From Candidatus Latescibacterota bacterium (GTDB taxonomy: Bacteria; Latescibacterota; UBA2968; UBA8231): 64,000 nucleotides of DNA. A model generated the notes under the pieces. The model made no database searches. It worked only from the letters and a program-made list of their open reading frames with translations, and was not told the DNA's origin. The position numbers and the translations under genes are program-made. Location of the stretch: contig OZ242005.1 in assembly GCA_965204725.1 (NCBI GenBank), positions 2,752,001 to 2,816,000 of the forward strand. The letters run 5' to 3'. This document shows positions 1-9,858 of this stretch, one piece after another; within the stretch, counting starts at the first letter, position 1; every line of letters starts with the position of its first letter.

Positions 1-7
1 GTTCGCC

Positions 8-1501
8 TTGGGACATCCGTGGGTAGTGGTTGACAGCCAGCGTCATTTAGCCGCCAACATTTTCGCTGGTATTCTGCACGGATTTCGGATGCCGCTGTTC
101 TTCCTTTTAAGTGGATTCTTCGTTGCGATGATGTGGCGCAAGCGCGGCCTCAAGTACGTCGTGCATCACCGCTTGCGTCGGGTGTTGATCCCGTGTCTGT
201 TGGGCGTGGTGACAATCGTGCCCATCACCTTTTTCGCGCTCCAGACCGCACCACCCTCTAATCTGTACGCCCAACAACCCGTATCGGACGCGATCTGGCA
301 GGCCGTACGCTGGGGAGCAGTCGAGCGCGTGGCAGCCTATCTAAGCAACGGGGGCGATCCGCATATCACAGAACCGGAATTCGGCGCGACGCTCATGTCG
401 TTGGCAGCTTACGCCGGCCAAAGAGAACTCGTCGCGTTGATGATCGAACAGGGCCTAGACGTGAACCAGCGCGACGCACGCGGGAACACGCCGCTACACG
501 CGGCCGCGTACTTTGGGCACGACGAGATCGTCGCCCTGTTGCTCAAAGCCGGCGCGCAGCGGGACATTGAGAATCGGGGGGGGCGAACCCCCTTGGACAT
601 GGCACGGGTGAGCGCGCCCGTCACCATGCTCGTCGCTAATTGGATGAACATAGAACTCGCCGAGGATCGAGTCGCGGCCGGCAAATCGCATATTGTCGCA
701 GCCCTGAGCGGCCAAGGGTTGGCGGAAGAAGGGACGGGGATTCTAGCCGCAATACGGTCCGTGCCAATTTTTCTGCACCTGTGGTTTTTGTGGTATCTGT
801 GGTGGTTCACAATCGCTTTCGGCATCATCGTCCTCATCGCCGATCGCTGCAACTGGCAGTTACCAAATCTGCGCGTGGCGGTACTTTCACCCGCCCGATT
901 CGTTTGGTTGATTCCGCTCACCCTCGCCCCCTTGTGGTTCGCCCACGAGTATGGGGGCGATACTTCGGTCGGGTTAATTCCCAAGCTCCACGTATTGCTG
1001 TACTACTTTGTATTTTTCGCCTTCGGAGCCTTGTATTTTGAGAGCAATGATGTGTCCGCTCGATTGGGCAAACACTGGAGGTTCATGCTGCCAACGGCGC
1101 TTTTAATCTGTTTCCCCGTTTCCTTTGATCTGGCGACCGGCCACTTGGGACTATTCCACCCATTGGTCGGCGATGGCTTTGAGCGCACTATCTCGCTTGT
1201 ATTGCAGACTGTATATATTTGGCTCATGGTCTTAGGCTGCATGGGACTTGCTCGGGTTGTGCTAACAAAAGAAAGTCGCCTTATACGCTATTTGTCTGAC
1301 TCGGCTTATTGGTTGTATTTGGCCCACGTACCGCTCGTCATCTTCGCGCAGTCGTTTATCGCGCAGTGGGACCAGCCGCTTGCGTTAAAAGTGACGCTGA
1401 TACTGGTGGTCATCCCGTCCTTCCTGTTGTTGACCTATGAATATCTAGTGCGTTACACCTTTTTGGGCACGCTTCTCAACGGTCCGCGCACCCGGGGTTA
1501 A
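8..1501 (+). CDS. Acyltransferase-3 (OpgC-like) membrane protein with inserted ankyrin repeats; probably 5'-truncated by the window edge
   Basis: AT3 motifs FRMPLFFLLSGFF, HLWFLWYL, SAYWLYLAH; internal ankyrin repeats (GATLMSLAA, GNTPLHAAA, GRTPLDMA). Confidence 0.85.
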   Translation: MGHPWVVVDSQRHLAANIFAGILHGFRMPLFFLLSGFFVAMMWRKRGLKYVVHHRLRRVLIPCLLGVVTIVPITFFALQTAPPSNLYAQQPVSDAIWQAVRWGAVERVAAYLSNGGDPHITEPEFGATLMSLAAYAGQRELVALMIEQGLDVNQRDARGNTPLHAAAYFGHDEIVALLLKAGAQRDIENRGGRTPLDMARVSAPVTMLVANWMNIELAEDRVAAGKSHIVAALSGQGLAEEGTGILAAIRSVPIFLHLWFLWYLWWFTIAFGIIVLIADRCNWQLPNLRVAVLSPARFVWLIPLTLAPLWFAHEYGGDTSVGLIPKLHVLLYYFVFFAFGALYFESNDVSARLGKHWRFMLPTALLICFPVSFDLATGHLGLFHPLVGDGFERTISLVLQTVYIWLMVLGCMGLARVVLTKESRLIRYLSDSAYWLYLAHVPLVIFAQSFIAQWDQPLALKVTLILVVIPSFLLLTYEYLVRYTFLGTLLNGPRTRG

Positions 1502-1507
1502 GTCGTT

Positions 1508-2674
1508 ATGGAAGTACCCAACTCGTACATCGATGGCTACAAAAAGGCGCGTCGCATCGCGCCAGCACTTGCTACCAACTACATCGATCATACAACCATC
1601 GGCGATCCACTCGCCGACGCGCTGATCGCGGATCTGGCACAGCTCCCCGCAGCAGAAGCAGAGCACCTGATCAAGCAAGCACTAACCGAGAACGAAGCAG
1701 TGCCCGCCACGGCCCCAGCCTCGCTCGAGAATTTCATACATACGTGCGCCCAACAACCGCCTTGGCTCGATTTCGAGCAACTGCAAATCGGCTGCCGCAT
1801 GTTCCACCGCAACACCCAGCTAGCGATTGCCGCCATGGCGGCCGGGGTCTTGGTCGAGGGGTTTGCGACCAACATCGCGCAGTCGTTTTTTCTGACGGGA
1901 GGGATGCGGCACCGGGGGGTTCGACGCCTGCGACAGAACAATCGTCACATGCTGGAAATTTTTATGCCCGGCGGCCTGTCGCGCTACGGCGACGGGTGGG
2001 CACTTACGATCCGCATCCGGTTGGTACATGCAAAAATTCGCCATCTGCTCGCCAACTCGGATGATTGGGATACCGCGCATTTGGGTTTGCCGATCAGTGC
2101 CGCCCACCTAGGCTACGCCATTGCGGCCTTCTCGGCGCGACTGCTGCAATTCATGAAGAGCTTAGGGGCCTCATACAGCGAAGAGGAACAAGCGGGCTTC
2201 ATGGCGGTGTGGCGCTACTGCGGTCATCTGATGGGCGTTCCAGAGACCATTCTGTTTCGCGAGCAAGCGGACGCGCTGGAATTGCTGCGGATTGGTCGCT
2301 TGTGCGAACCGGCTTCATCGGTGGAATCCATTGCCATGGCTTCGTCCTTGATCCATTCCATCCCATTGGTCATTGGCCACTCGGACCCGCAGGAGCGCAA
2401 GAGGATGGCGCACTATGTATTCAAGGTTTCTCGCGCTTTGATAGGCAATGAACTGGCTGATGAACTGCGGCTCCCGCCGAGTAGGACTTGGGGGGTCCTG
2501 TGGCAATTCCGCTTCCTCACCTGGCTCGAGACGATTGCTGGTAAGTTGAATCCACGGGGCACCCGGGTGCGTAGCAAAATCACCATGCTCCTAGATTTTT
2601 CTCACTTTGAGAGCGAGGGAGTCAACTACAAACTGCCGGACCACCAGTACGCCGATCGGTCTTCAGAGTGGTAG
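1508..2674 (+). CDS. MpaB/DUF2236 oxygenase-family protein
   Basis: GDPLADALI, PPWLDFEQLQIG, IRIRLVHAKIR, WRYCGHLMGV motifs typical of the MpaB/Lcp-like family. Confidence 0.8.
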   Translation: MEVPNSYIDGYKKARRIAPALATNYIDHTTIGDPLADALIADLAQLPAAEAEHLIKQALTENEAVPATAPASLENFIHTCAQQPPWLDFEQLQIGCRMFHRNTQLAIAAMAAGVLVEGFATNIAQSFFLTGGMRHRGVRRLRQNNRHMLEIFMPGGLSRYGDGWALTIRIRLVHAKIRHLLANSDDWDTAHLGLPISAAHLGYAIAAFSARLLQFMKSLGASYSEEEQAGFMAVWRYCGHLMGVPETILFREQADALELLRIGRLCEPASSVESIAMASSLIHSIPLVIGHSDPQERKRMAHYVFKVSRALIGNELADELRLPPSRTWGVLWQFRFLTWLETIAGKLNPRGTRVRSKITMLLDFSHFESEGVNYKLPDHQYADRSSEW

Positions 2675-2683
2675 GTAGCCTCG

Positions 2684-4672
2684 TCAAATCTGCGTCAAAA
2701 AGCTGCCCATCTGCCCGGTGATGTAATCGGCCACCAGCCAAAGGCCGGCCGCGACCACTTCCCCGAGAATCAGCCCCAGAAAGAACGGACGCAGGTTCCG
2801 GTATAGCCGCGGCCCCCCATACTTGAGAATTACCAGTTTGAGCAGCCAAGCGATGAGCGCACTGGCAAAGATGTGCCCGGTTTTCCAGTTCGCGCTAATG
2901 GCATAGCCGAGCGGGTTGAGCGGCCACCACAACAGGTGGTGCCGCACCCACATTAGCAAGGCCATCACTCCGCCGCCGATCCCCATGAACAGCCATGCGT
3001 CGAGGCGCGGCCCGGTCAATTCCGCTGCAATGCGCGGGGCCATGTCCTTGGGGCCGTACGTGGCGGCCCCCCAGCCAAAGAACAGGCCGTTGAGGTTGAT
3101 GCCGCCGTATTTGTACGCCAACGCCATGGTGACATAAGAAGAGCCGACCAAGCTGACCACGATGGCGACGATTACCGCCCAGAACAACCGCCGCTTCCCG
3201 CCCTTGATCGCCTCGCTCATCTTTAGGCCGTTGGCGACCGACGACATTACAAACGAGCGGATTTCCGAGTGCCAGCCGTAAGAAAACCCCAAGGCCACCA
3301 AACCAGCGGCCCCCAAGCTAGAAGCCCCGGCCCCGGAAATCACAAAGGTCGAGGTCATAATGGGGGGGCGCATCGCGGGAATACCTCCTTCGGCGACCAC
3401 GCGCGTCAGGCCCAAAAACAGCACCATGGCCCCAAAGATAAACATCGCCACGCCCAACGGCGGCAGCCCAGCCATCCACAGGCCCAATCCCACCAAACCA
3501 AGCGACGCCAGCAAGCCCGAGGTCGCCTGCCGATACGACAAAATTTCGTCGGCATCCTCTACGGTTGGATCGCCGGACCACGCCTTCCGCCACACGGCCC
3601 GCAAGTGCCCGCGTGCCACCCACAGCCCGACCAGCACAAAGACGATCATCGCCCCCATGCCCTGATGGGCTAGGTACGGCTCCCGCGAGTATAAATCCAT
3701 CCGCTCGGTGCTTTGCAGGCCGAGGACGTTGAAGACTCCCCGTTGCACTGTGGTCAGGATGTAGAACACCCAGATAGACGCGGAAATATCCAAGTTGACA
3801 AAGTAAAAGAAGCCGATCCAAGGCGGGCTAAACCACAAGTCCAAGCGCACACTATCGCGGAACAGAGGCAGCGACGCAGTCCGCGCCAGCTCGGGCACCT
3901 CTGGGAAATAGGCGTGTAAGCCGTTGATGCTGAGCAAGATGAAGGCGCACGCAAACCCCAGCCACATCGCCTTATTGACAAAAAACGCCCGCCCAATAGC
4001 TCGCCCTTGCTCGCGCTGAATCATCTCCATCGGCACTTGGACCAACGGATACGCCAGCTTCTCCCGATCGACCCATTGCCGGCGCAGGATGACCATCGTG
4101 CAAATCATCGCGGCGCTGAGTGCCAAGAAGAAGCCGTACCAATAGGTCAGCGGCAGCACCCACGCGCCCCAAGGAACGGCGACCCCTTCGGGCAGCCCCT
4201 CAAAGAAGTAGCGCGCGACGTTTTCGCCGCGCGGGATCATCCACGCGGGGATGTACTGGTTGTATAAAAAGTCCCAGTTATTCTCCGGCGTCGCGTAGTA
4301 CGTAGAGCCGACCAAACAGGGAATGATAAATTGGGTAAACCCCATCCCGGGAATGCAGCAGGCGACCACCAACATGACGTAGATGGTAATCAGCTCGGAT
4401 TGGGTCAGGGCCAAGGAGCGGCGCAAGCAGTACACGAGGCCGCTGGCCGGTACTAAGAAAAAGAAAAAAAAGAGAGCGGCTGGCGTACTAAAATTTAAGG
4501 TGAGGTACGAGCCGCGAATGATGGTCGTGGCGTACGCGTCTAGACCATTGAGCAGCAAGGCGAGCACTGCGCCGATTAGGATGCCCCGCACCGGGATACC
4601 GGCACCATCTTGCGGCCCGTCCTCGGCCGAGTTCGCCCATTCGAGGTATGCTGGAGGAATCCGCTTTTTCAA
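2684..4672 (-). CDS. Polytopic membrane protein, DUF6785/DUF6784-like (putative transporter)
   Basis: Many TM helices; LRRQWVDREKLAYPL, WWPLNPLGY, KYGGPRLYRNLRPFFLGLILGE; TTG start uncertain. Confidence 0.75.
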   Translation of the reverse strand: MKKRIPPAYLEWANSAEDGPQDGAGIPVRGILIGAVLALLLNGLDAYATTIIRGSYLTLNFSTPAALFFFFFLVPASGLVYCLRRSLALTQSELITIYVMLVVACCIPGMGFTQFIIPCLVGSTYYATPENNWDFLYNQYIPAWMIPRGENVARYFFEGLPEGVAVPWGAWVLPLTYWYGFFLALSAAMICTMVILRRQWVDREKLAYPLVQVPMEMIQREQGRAIGRAFFVNKAMWLGFACAFILLSINGLHAYFPEVPELARTASLPLFRDSVRLDLWFSPPWIGFFYFVNLDISASIWVFYILTTVQRGVFNVLGLQSTERMDLYSREPYLAHQGMGAMIVFVLVGLWVARGHLRAVWRKAWSGDPTVEDADEILSYRQATSGLLASLGLVGLGLWMAGLPPLGVAMFIFGAMVLFLGLTRVVAEGGIPAMRPPIMTSTFVISGAGASSLGAAGLVALGFSYGWHSEIRSFVMSSVANGLKMSEAIKGGKRRLFWAVIVAIVVSLVGSSYVTMALAYKYGGINLNGLFFGWGAATYGPKDMAPRIAAELTGPRLDAWLFMGIGGGVMALLMWVRHHLLWWPLNPLGYAISANWKTGHIFASALIAWLLKLVILKYGGPRLYRNLRPFFLGLILGEVVAAGLWLVADYITGQMGSFLTQI

Positions 4673-4699
4673 TTCCGTGCGCCTCGGCCATGGTTCAAG

Positions 4700-7201
4700 T
4701 CAGTACGCGTTAGCGACGAGTTTGGTAATCGTCGTTTGCTTGACTTGGGCGTCAACTTCTATGCCGACCCGACACAGATACAGGCCCGGTGGCGTCAGGC
4801 GGCCCTGATCGTCGCGCCCATCCCAAGTCAAACGATGCACTCCGGCGGCCGATGCCACCACCGGGGCCTTGTGCCGCACGCGCCGGCCGTCTAAGCCATA
4901 CACCTCTAGCACCAGCGCCTTGGCATTCTGCACCGCGAACACCGGGAACACCAATTCCACTACGTCGTTGATCCCGTCCCCATTGGGCGTAAACGGGTTG
5001 GCTGACGCGATCACCTCGCCCAACAGCCCGCCGCTAAATGGGGTCAACACCTGTAAGCGGCGGCCGGCATCGACTCGCTGCCACACGCGCTCGTCGCCTT
5101 CGCCCAAGCCCACTTGCACGGCAAAAGCATTGCTGGCAAGGTAGAGCACGCCCGAAAATTGCAACGCGACCAACTCCGCTTCGGCGGTCACGGGCGCGGG
5201 GAGCCGCACCCACAGCGAATCAGCCCCGGTCGGCAGCCGCGTCACGGGCACACGCTCCGCGCCCACGACCACTTCCTCTAAATCGACCGTCGCCCCGTGC
5301 GGCAATACCACGAGCACTTGGTCGAAGCCGCGATTGTCGGCTTGGAACTGCGGCTGCAAAGACAGCGTGAAGGTGGTGCGCTCCCCCCGCTGCTCGGTCT
5401 GCCGCGGCTGCACCTCGCCTAGGACTTGACTGGCCAAGGGCCGATCCAACGCGATGTGCATCCGGCGCAACAACGCCCCTTGGCCGGGGTCGTCCGAGCG
5501 CAACGTGGCCTCCACTATGGCGTACCGGCGCGGGCTGGGCGAGGCAATCGGCGCGTCCGAGGCCGCGTAGAACGGACTCCAAGAACTCCAGTCGGGGCCG
5601 GGGACTACTGAGACGGTCGAATCGCCCCGCTGAAAGCTGAGCAGCTTGCGATATTGGGCCGCGGTCACTTCTTTCCCGGCCGTGGTGAAGTAGTGGATTT
5701 CCTCGTCGAGCTGATTGCCGGTGCGCGTGCGAAATTGTACTTGAGTGCCTAGGGGAAGGTCGGCCGCCCAGTGAATGGAAGATAGGATGCGCGGGTCGCG
5801 GCCCAGCTCCATAGGCCCCGATTGGAGCGTCACCTGCGGGAGGAAGCCGCGGCCGTAAAGCTGGAGCTCGCGGATGCCGGCGTTGGCCCAATTCGGGACG
5901 ATGAGCACCCGGTAGTCCATCTTAAAGTAGCGCGCCTTGGTCAGCGGAAAGGCATTGTCCTGATAAAAAATGTGGGGGAATAACCCGCTGAAGCGGCCCG
6001 GCTCTTGATCGGCGGTTTCTCGCACGGCCAGCGCGATGTACGACAGGCTGCCGTCTGGGTTGCGCTGCCCATTCGAGAGGTTGATGGCGTAGTTGGGGAA
6101 CGCGCCGGTAAAGCCGTGGGCAATGTTTTCGCGGTCAAAGCCGATGACCACGCGGCTGATCCAGAACCAAGTCCCCAAGTCGAAGAGGAGCTCGCGGTCG
6201 AACTCTACGTCGATGTGCTCGCCGCCGCTGACGCCCACTTGCTCGGTCCACACGGTCTTGTAGTCGCCGTCAATGGCCAAGCGTTCCGTCCCAGTATTGC
6301 TCGTGCCTCCGATCAACCCACTCCGGCTCAGCGCGCCCAAGCTGATGTTGTCGCCTTGGGTCCACACCTCGACCTCGGCCAGCCGCGGTCGCTCCCGTCG
6401 ATAGTACTGAATTGGGCCGGCGCGCTCTGCGCTCAGTGCGGCGTGTTGGGCTTGATCGATCGGCCGCAAAATGCCCGAGGACTCGCGCAAGAAGTAGAGC
6501 ACGTCGCCGCGCTCTTCCGCCGGCAAGCGGTTCCAGCGGGCCTCGCTGACTTCGTGCCCTTGGCCTCTCGCGCTGGCCGTAGCCACGATCTGGACGAACT
6601 GGAACATGTCGCCGACAAACCCGGCGTCCGCTTCCTGCGAGGGCTTGAGGTCAAACTCAAAGACGCGCTGGGTTTTGTTCAAGCCTTCGCTGCGGCCGGC
6701 CGGCGCGAAGCGGAGGGCCTTGCTCTGGGAGAAAGCCGGGAGGCCGTTGGACGTGAGCACCTTGAATTGCAGAAAGGGATCGCCCAAGCCTTCCGGGGCG
6801 AATTTTACCACGATCTTGTGCGCCCACACCAAGCGGCCCAAGTCGATTTCGACCCACCAATCGCGGAGGGGGGCGTCCAAGTCCGGCTCCCAGAAGGTTT
6901 GCTCTTGGCCGTCTATGATCTGGGCGGCCTCGGCCAAATGGACGCCTGCGGCCCGCACCCCGCCCGGTACGCCTTCGGCCGACACAAAGTTTGGAGCGTC
7001 TAGCACGGCGTTGATTTGCTCGCGAATCGAGTGCGGCCGCACCCCTTCCGGGCCGAATTGCACCGTGCCCGCGGCGACCTCCCATTGCGCCCAGTCGCTC
7101 TCGTCAACGGCGACTCGGTCCGCTGCGAGGCGGTAGCCTTGGGGCCACGCCGCCGGGGCCGCGATCAGCAGGGCGCAAGCAACCAGCCGCAACCAAGTCA
7201 C
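4700..7201 (-). CDS. Exported protein with discoidin-like modules and C-terminal T9SS-B-like/FlgD-Ig domain
   Basis: GTG start overlaps the upstream TGA (GTGA); signal peptide; IDG..TFW and IDLG motifs; RTRTG...WSSWS; NPFTPNGDGIND, WDGRD, PPGLY. Confidence 0.75.
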   Translation of the reverse strand: MTWLRLVACALLIAAPAAWPQGYRLAADRVAVDESDWAQWEVAAGTVQFGPEGVRPHSIREQINAVLDAPNFVSAEGVPGGVRAAGVHLAEAAQIIDGQEQTFWEPDLDAPLRDWWVEIDLGRLVWAHKIVVKFAPEGLGDPFLQFKVLTSNGLPAFSQSKALRFAPAGRSEGLNKTQRVFEFDLKPSQEADAGFVGDMFQFVQIVATASARGQGHEVSEARWNRLPAEERGDVLYFLRESSGILRPIDQAQHAALSAERAGPIQYYRRERPRLAEVEVWTQGDNISLGALSRSGLIGGTSNTGTERLAIDGDYKTVWTEQVGVSGGEHIDVEFDRELLFDLGTWFWISRVVIGFDRENIAHGFTGAFPNYAINLSNGQRNPDGSLSYIALAVRETADQEPGRFSGLFPHIFYQDNAFPLTKARYFKMDYRVLIVPNWANAGIRELQLYGRGFLPQVTLQSGPMELGRDPRILSSIHWAADLPLGTQVQFRTRTGNQLDEEIHYFTTAGKEVTAAQYRKLLSFQRGDSTVSVVPGPDWSSWSPFYAASDAPIASPSPRRYAIVEATLRSDDPGQGALLRRMHIALDRPLASQVLGEVQPRQTEQRGERTTFTLSLQPQFQADNRGFDQVLVVLPHGATVDLEEVVVGAERVPVTRLPTGADSLWVRLPAPVTAEAELVALQFSGVLYLASNAFAVQVGLGEGDERVWQRVDAGRRLQVLTPFSGGLLGEVIASANPFTPNGDGINDVVELVFPVFAVQNAKALVLEVYGLDGRRVRHKAPVVASAAGVHRLTWDGRDDQGRLTPPGLYLCRVGIEVDAQVKQTTITKLVANAY

Positions 7202-7911
7202 GCCAGCCTTTCCTCTCGCACCGGCTGGCACGCCGCGATGAATTCCTCAGCCGTGGTGGTATAGCCGATCAGGTGTTCAAAGTTGCGCAGCGTGATCCGG
7301 TTGATCCAACCGCCTTCCGGTAGGCTGTCGTCTAGCGTGTCTGGCATCTCGATAGTACCGGGGGCGTTTGAACAATCGCGCAAGAGAATGACGCGGTAAT
7401 TCCGCCCTACGGCTTCGGCGCAGGTGTAGTGCAAGCAGGCCCGCCGGCTGTAGCCGACGACGAACAGCGTCTTAATGCCATAGCTGCGCAAGTGCTGGTC
7501 CAAAAAGGTGTCGTGGAAGCCACTCCAGATCCACTTGGGAAAATTGCGCTCGTCGGCGAGGGGGGCCACGCAGTCGAGGTATTCGGGTTTGTATTCTTGC
7601 CGCGCCCAGCTTGCAATGCCGTCGTCCCCGCTGCGTTCCTTGGTCTTGCCCCAGACCTCGCCCACGATGTTGCCGGGATCGGCCACCAAGCGCAGGTCGT
7701 TGTGGACATAGTTGACCAGCATCTTGCGGTCGCGGGCGGCTTGCAAGGCCGGCGCGATGAAGTTTTTGGTCGTTGGATTGGGCGAGCGCCCATCGACATC
7801 GACCAAGAGAAAGGCGCACTCGGCGAACTGTAAGGCTAGGGTCTCGTACCCGTAGTCGTACCCGCCGGGATAATCCTTGTAATAGCGAATGGGGATTTGA
7901 ATGGTGGTCAT
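7198..7911 (-). CDS. Isochorismatase-family cysteine hydrolase
   Basis: FLLVDV, PKWIWSGF, LDQHLRSYGIKTLFVVG..C, YRVILLRDCS (Asp-Lys-Cys triad). Confidence 0.85.
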   Translation of the reverse strand: MTTIQIPIRYYKDYPGGYDYGYETLALQFAECAFLLVDVDGRSPNPTTKNFIAPALQAARDRKMLVNYVHNDLRLVADPGNIVGEVWGKTKERSGDDGIASWARQEYKPEYLDCVAPLADERNFPKWIWSGFHDTFLDQHLRSYGIKTLFVVGYSRRACLHYTCAEAVGRNYRVILLRDCSNAPGTIEMPDTLDDSLPEGGWINRITLRNFEHLIGYTTTAEEFIAACQPVREERLA

Positions 7912-7938
7912 GGGGCCTCCTTGGCTGTGAATGCTCCG

Positions 7939-9846
7939 TTAGTAAACTATCGCTATGGTCCCCGCTCGCTGGTCGCCGCCTTTTTCCGACTCCACGGATA
8001 GGCGATACACGTACAGGCCCGGGGGCACCTGCGCGCCGCTTGCGTCGCGGCCATCCCAAGAAAAGCGCAGGTCGCCGCTGGGCTGTTGCCCGTCGTGGAT
8101 CACCCGCAGCGAGCGGCCCGACAGGTCGAAGACCGCGAGGCGCAAGGGCACTTGTTGGGTTACTTGCAACAGCTTAAAAGAGAAGTGAATGTGCTCGTTT
8201 ATCCCGTCGCCATTGGGGGTGGCAATTTTCGGCTGCACGATTAGGTCGTCGAGCAGCCGACGGGAAATTGAGGTGCGGACCGTGAGGACCTCGCTCGCTA
8301 TCTCATTGGCCGCATTGCCGCGATTGATGGGTTGCGCCAGCTCTAGGGGGCGCTGGGTATCCCGCACCCAGCCGCGGAAAGTCGTGCCGTAGCGCAGCAC
8401 CAGAGCGCGGAAGAAGACCTCGACCACCCCGCCAGAATCCCCGGCCGTGCGCGGGGGAAACAGGGCCACCGAAAAGCGCAGCGAATCCGGCGCGATATGC
8501 ACGGCAAAACTGTCTAAGCCGGTGGCTTGGACCGAATCCACACCGACCACGCCAAAGGGCGCGGCGATTTCTATCGCGTCAAAACCAGAGTGCTCGGCGC
8601 GGATGAGCGGCTGAATGGCATACTGGAACGACGCGATTTCGCCCAAGGCGACCTCGGGGGGATAGATTTCGCCCAGCACCTCCTCGGCGAGCGGCGGCTT
8701 GGTCGCCGAGAATTCGATGAACGCTAGCTCGCCGCCCTCGCTGCCTACGGGCAAAAAATCGACCCGCAGTTGAAAGACCGAGTTGGGGCCGGGCGAGGCG
8801 ATGGGCGTGCCGCTGCTGTCGGCAAAGGCGTAGGGCGACGACCAGAAGCTCCAGTTGTCCGTGTCGTAGGTGATTTCGCCGGCCTCGCCCGGTTTGAGAA
8901 AGAGATAGTCGGTCGCGTCGAGGGGCTGGCCGGCTTCGTCGAGCGACGTTACCTCATCGCCCCGGCCGGTGAATCGCCAGTACACGTTTGGATCGCGATC
9001 GTTGCCGGCCCGCGATTGGATCCAGACGCGGGCGCGGGGGTCTTTGCGACCGCGCCAGCGGATGTCGCCCCACACGGCCGGCTCGCCGAGGTCGATAAAC
9101 GGGCCGACGTACGACGCTTGGTGCGCGTAGCCCACGCCATAGACCTCCAATTCGCCGATCCGCAGGGCCTTGGGCGACGCGCGGTAGAGCAACAGGCCCA
9201 CGCTGCGGGCGAGGGCCGGAGGAAAGCGCACGTCTATGGTGTCTTGCACGTTTTCGGGCAGCTCAAACACGAGCTGACCGCCGAGGCGAGCGGCACCATA
9301 CCCGGATACGTTGTCTTTTTTTTGCACGCCTAGATCGGCGGTTACATCCAACTTGTCGGGATAGAGACCGCTCTCAGCGGCGACGATCCGCACCCGGTTG
9401 ACAAAGAACAGGCCGCCGAGGTCCATGGTGATGCGCCGCGTCTCCAAGTAGCGCTGGCCGGTGAATCGGCTCTGAATGCCCTCCACCCACTCCCAGAACG
9501 TCGCCCGATCGGCGTCGATCATGTTCTTGGAGAGATCGGTGATGGAATAGCTCGCGACCCCGCTCACCCGCACGTAAGGCCCCCCGCGCCGGTCGGCACT
9601 GGTGAGGGCGATATTGGTTGCTGGCGTCAAAAAGATCGGCCGCAGCGTTCCGGCGGCGAGTGCCCCGGCGTCGAGGCTTTGTTCCTCCGCAAAGTCGCTC
9701 CAAGACAGTTGATGGAAATTCACGCCGGCTTGGCTTGGTCGGGGTACGTCCTCGCCGCCGAGGCGGTAAATCTCCACGGCCCCGCCCTTTCCGGCCGCGA
9801 GGGCCGCGACCCCGAGGGCGGCCGCGAGTAAGGTCCTTTTTCTCAT
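7939..9846 (-). CDS. Exported protein with C-terminal T9SS-B-like/FlgD-Ig domain (paralog of 4700-7201)
   Basis: Signal peptide; MDLGGLFFVNRVR; SRAG...WSFWS; TPNGDGINE, WDGRD, PPGLY. Confidence 0.75.
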   Translation of the reverse strand: MRKRTLLAAALGVAALAAGKGGAVEIYRLGGEDVPRPSQAGVNFHQLSWSDFAEEQSLDAGALAAGTLRPIFLTPATNIALTSADRRGGPYVRVSGVASYSITDLSKNMIDADRATFWEWVEGIQSRFTGQRYLETRRITMDLGGLFFVNRVRIVAAESGLYPDKLDVTADLGVQKKDNVSGYGAARLGGQLVFELPENVQDTIDVRFPPALARSVGLLLYRASPKALRIGELEVYGVGYAHQASYVGPFIDLGEPAVWGDIRWRGRKDPRARVWIQSRAGNDRDPNVYWRFTGRGDEVTSLDEAGQPLDATDYLFLKPGEAGEITYDTDNWSFWSSPYAFADSSGTPIASPGPNSVFQLRVDFLPVGSEGGELAFIEFSATKPPLAEEVLGEIYPPEVALGEIASFQYAIQPLIRAEHSGFDAIEIAAPFGVVGVDSVQATGLDSFAVHIAPDSLRFSVALFPPRTAGDSGGVVEVFFRALVLRYGTTFRGWVRDTQRPLELAQPINRGNAANEIASEVLTVRTSISRRLLDDLIVQPKIATPNGDGINEHIHFSFKLLQVTQQVPLRLAVFDLSGRSLRVIHDGQQPSGDLRFSWDGRDASGAQVPPGLYVYRLSVESEKGGDQRAGTIAIVY

Positions 9847-9858
9847 GGCGTCCGCCCC

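Noticed and set aside
4488-4691. Frameshifted 5' end of the DUF6785-like gene (ATG 4691)
   Set aside because: An in-frame TTG at 4672 with upstream GAGG explains the gene without a frameshift
6005-7003. 332-aa plus-strand ORF
   Set aside because: Antisense shadow of the exported protein gene; no motifs, typical of high-GC DNA
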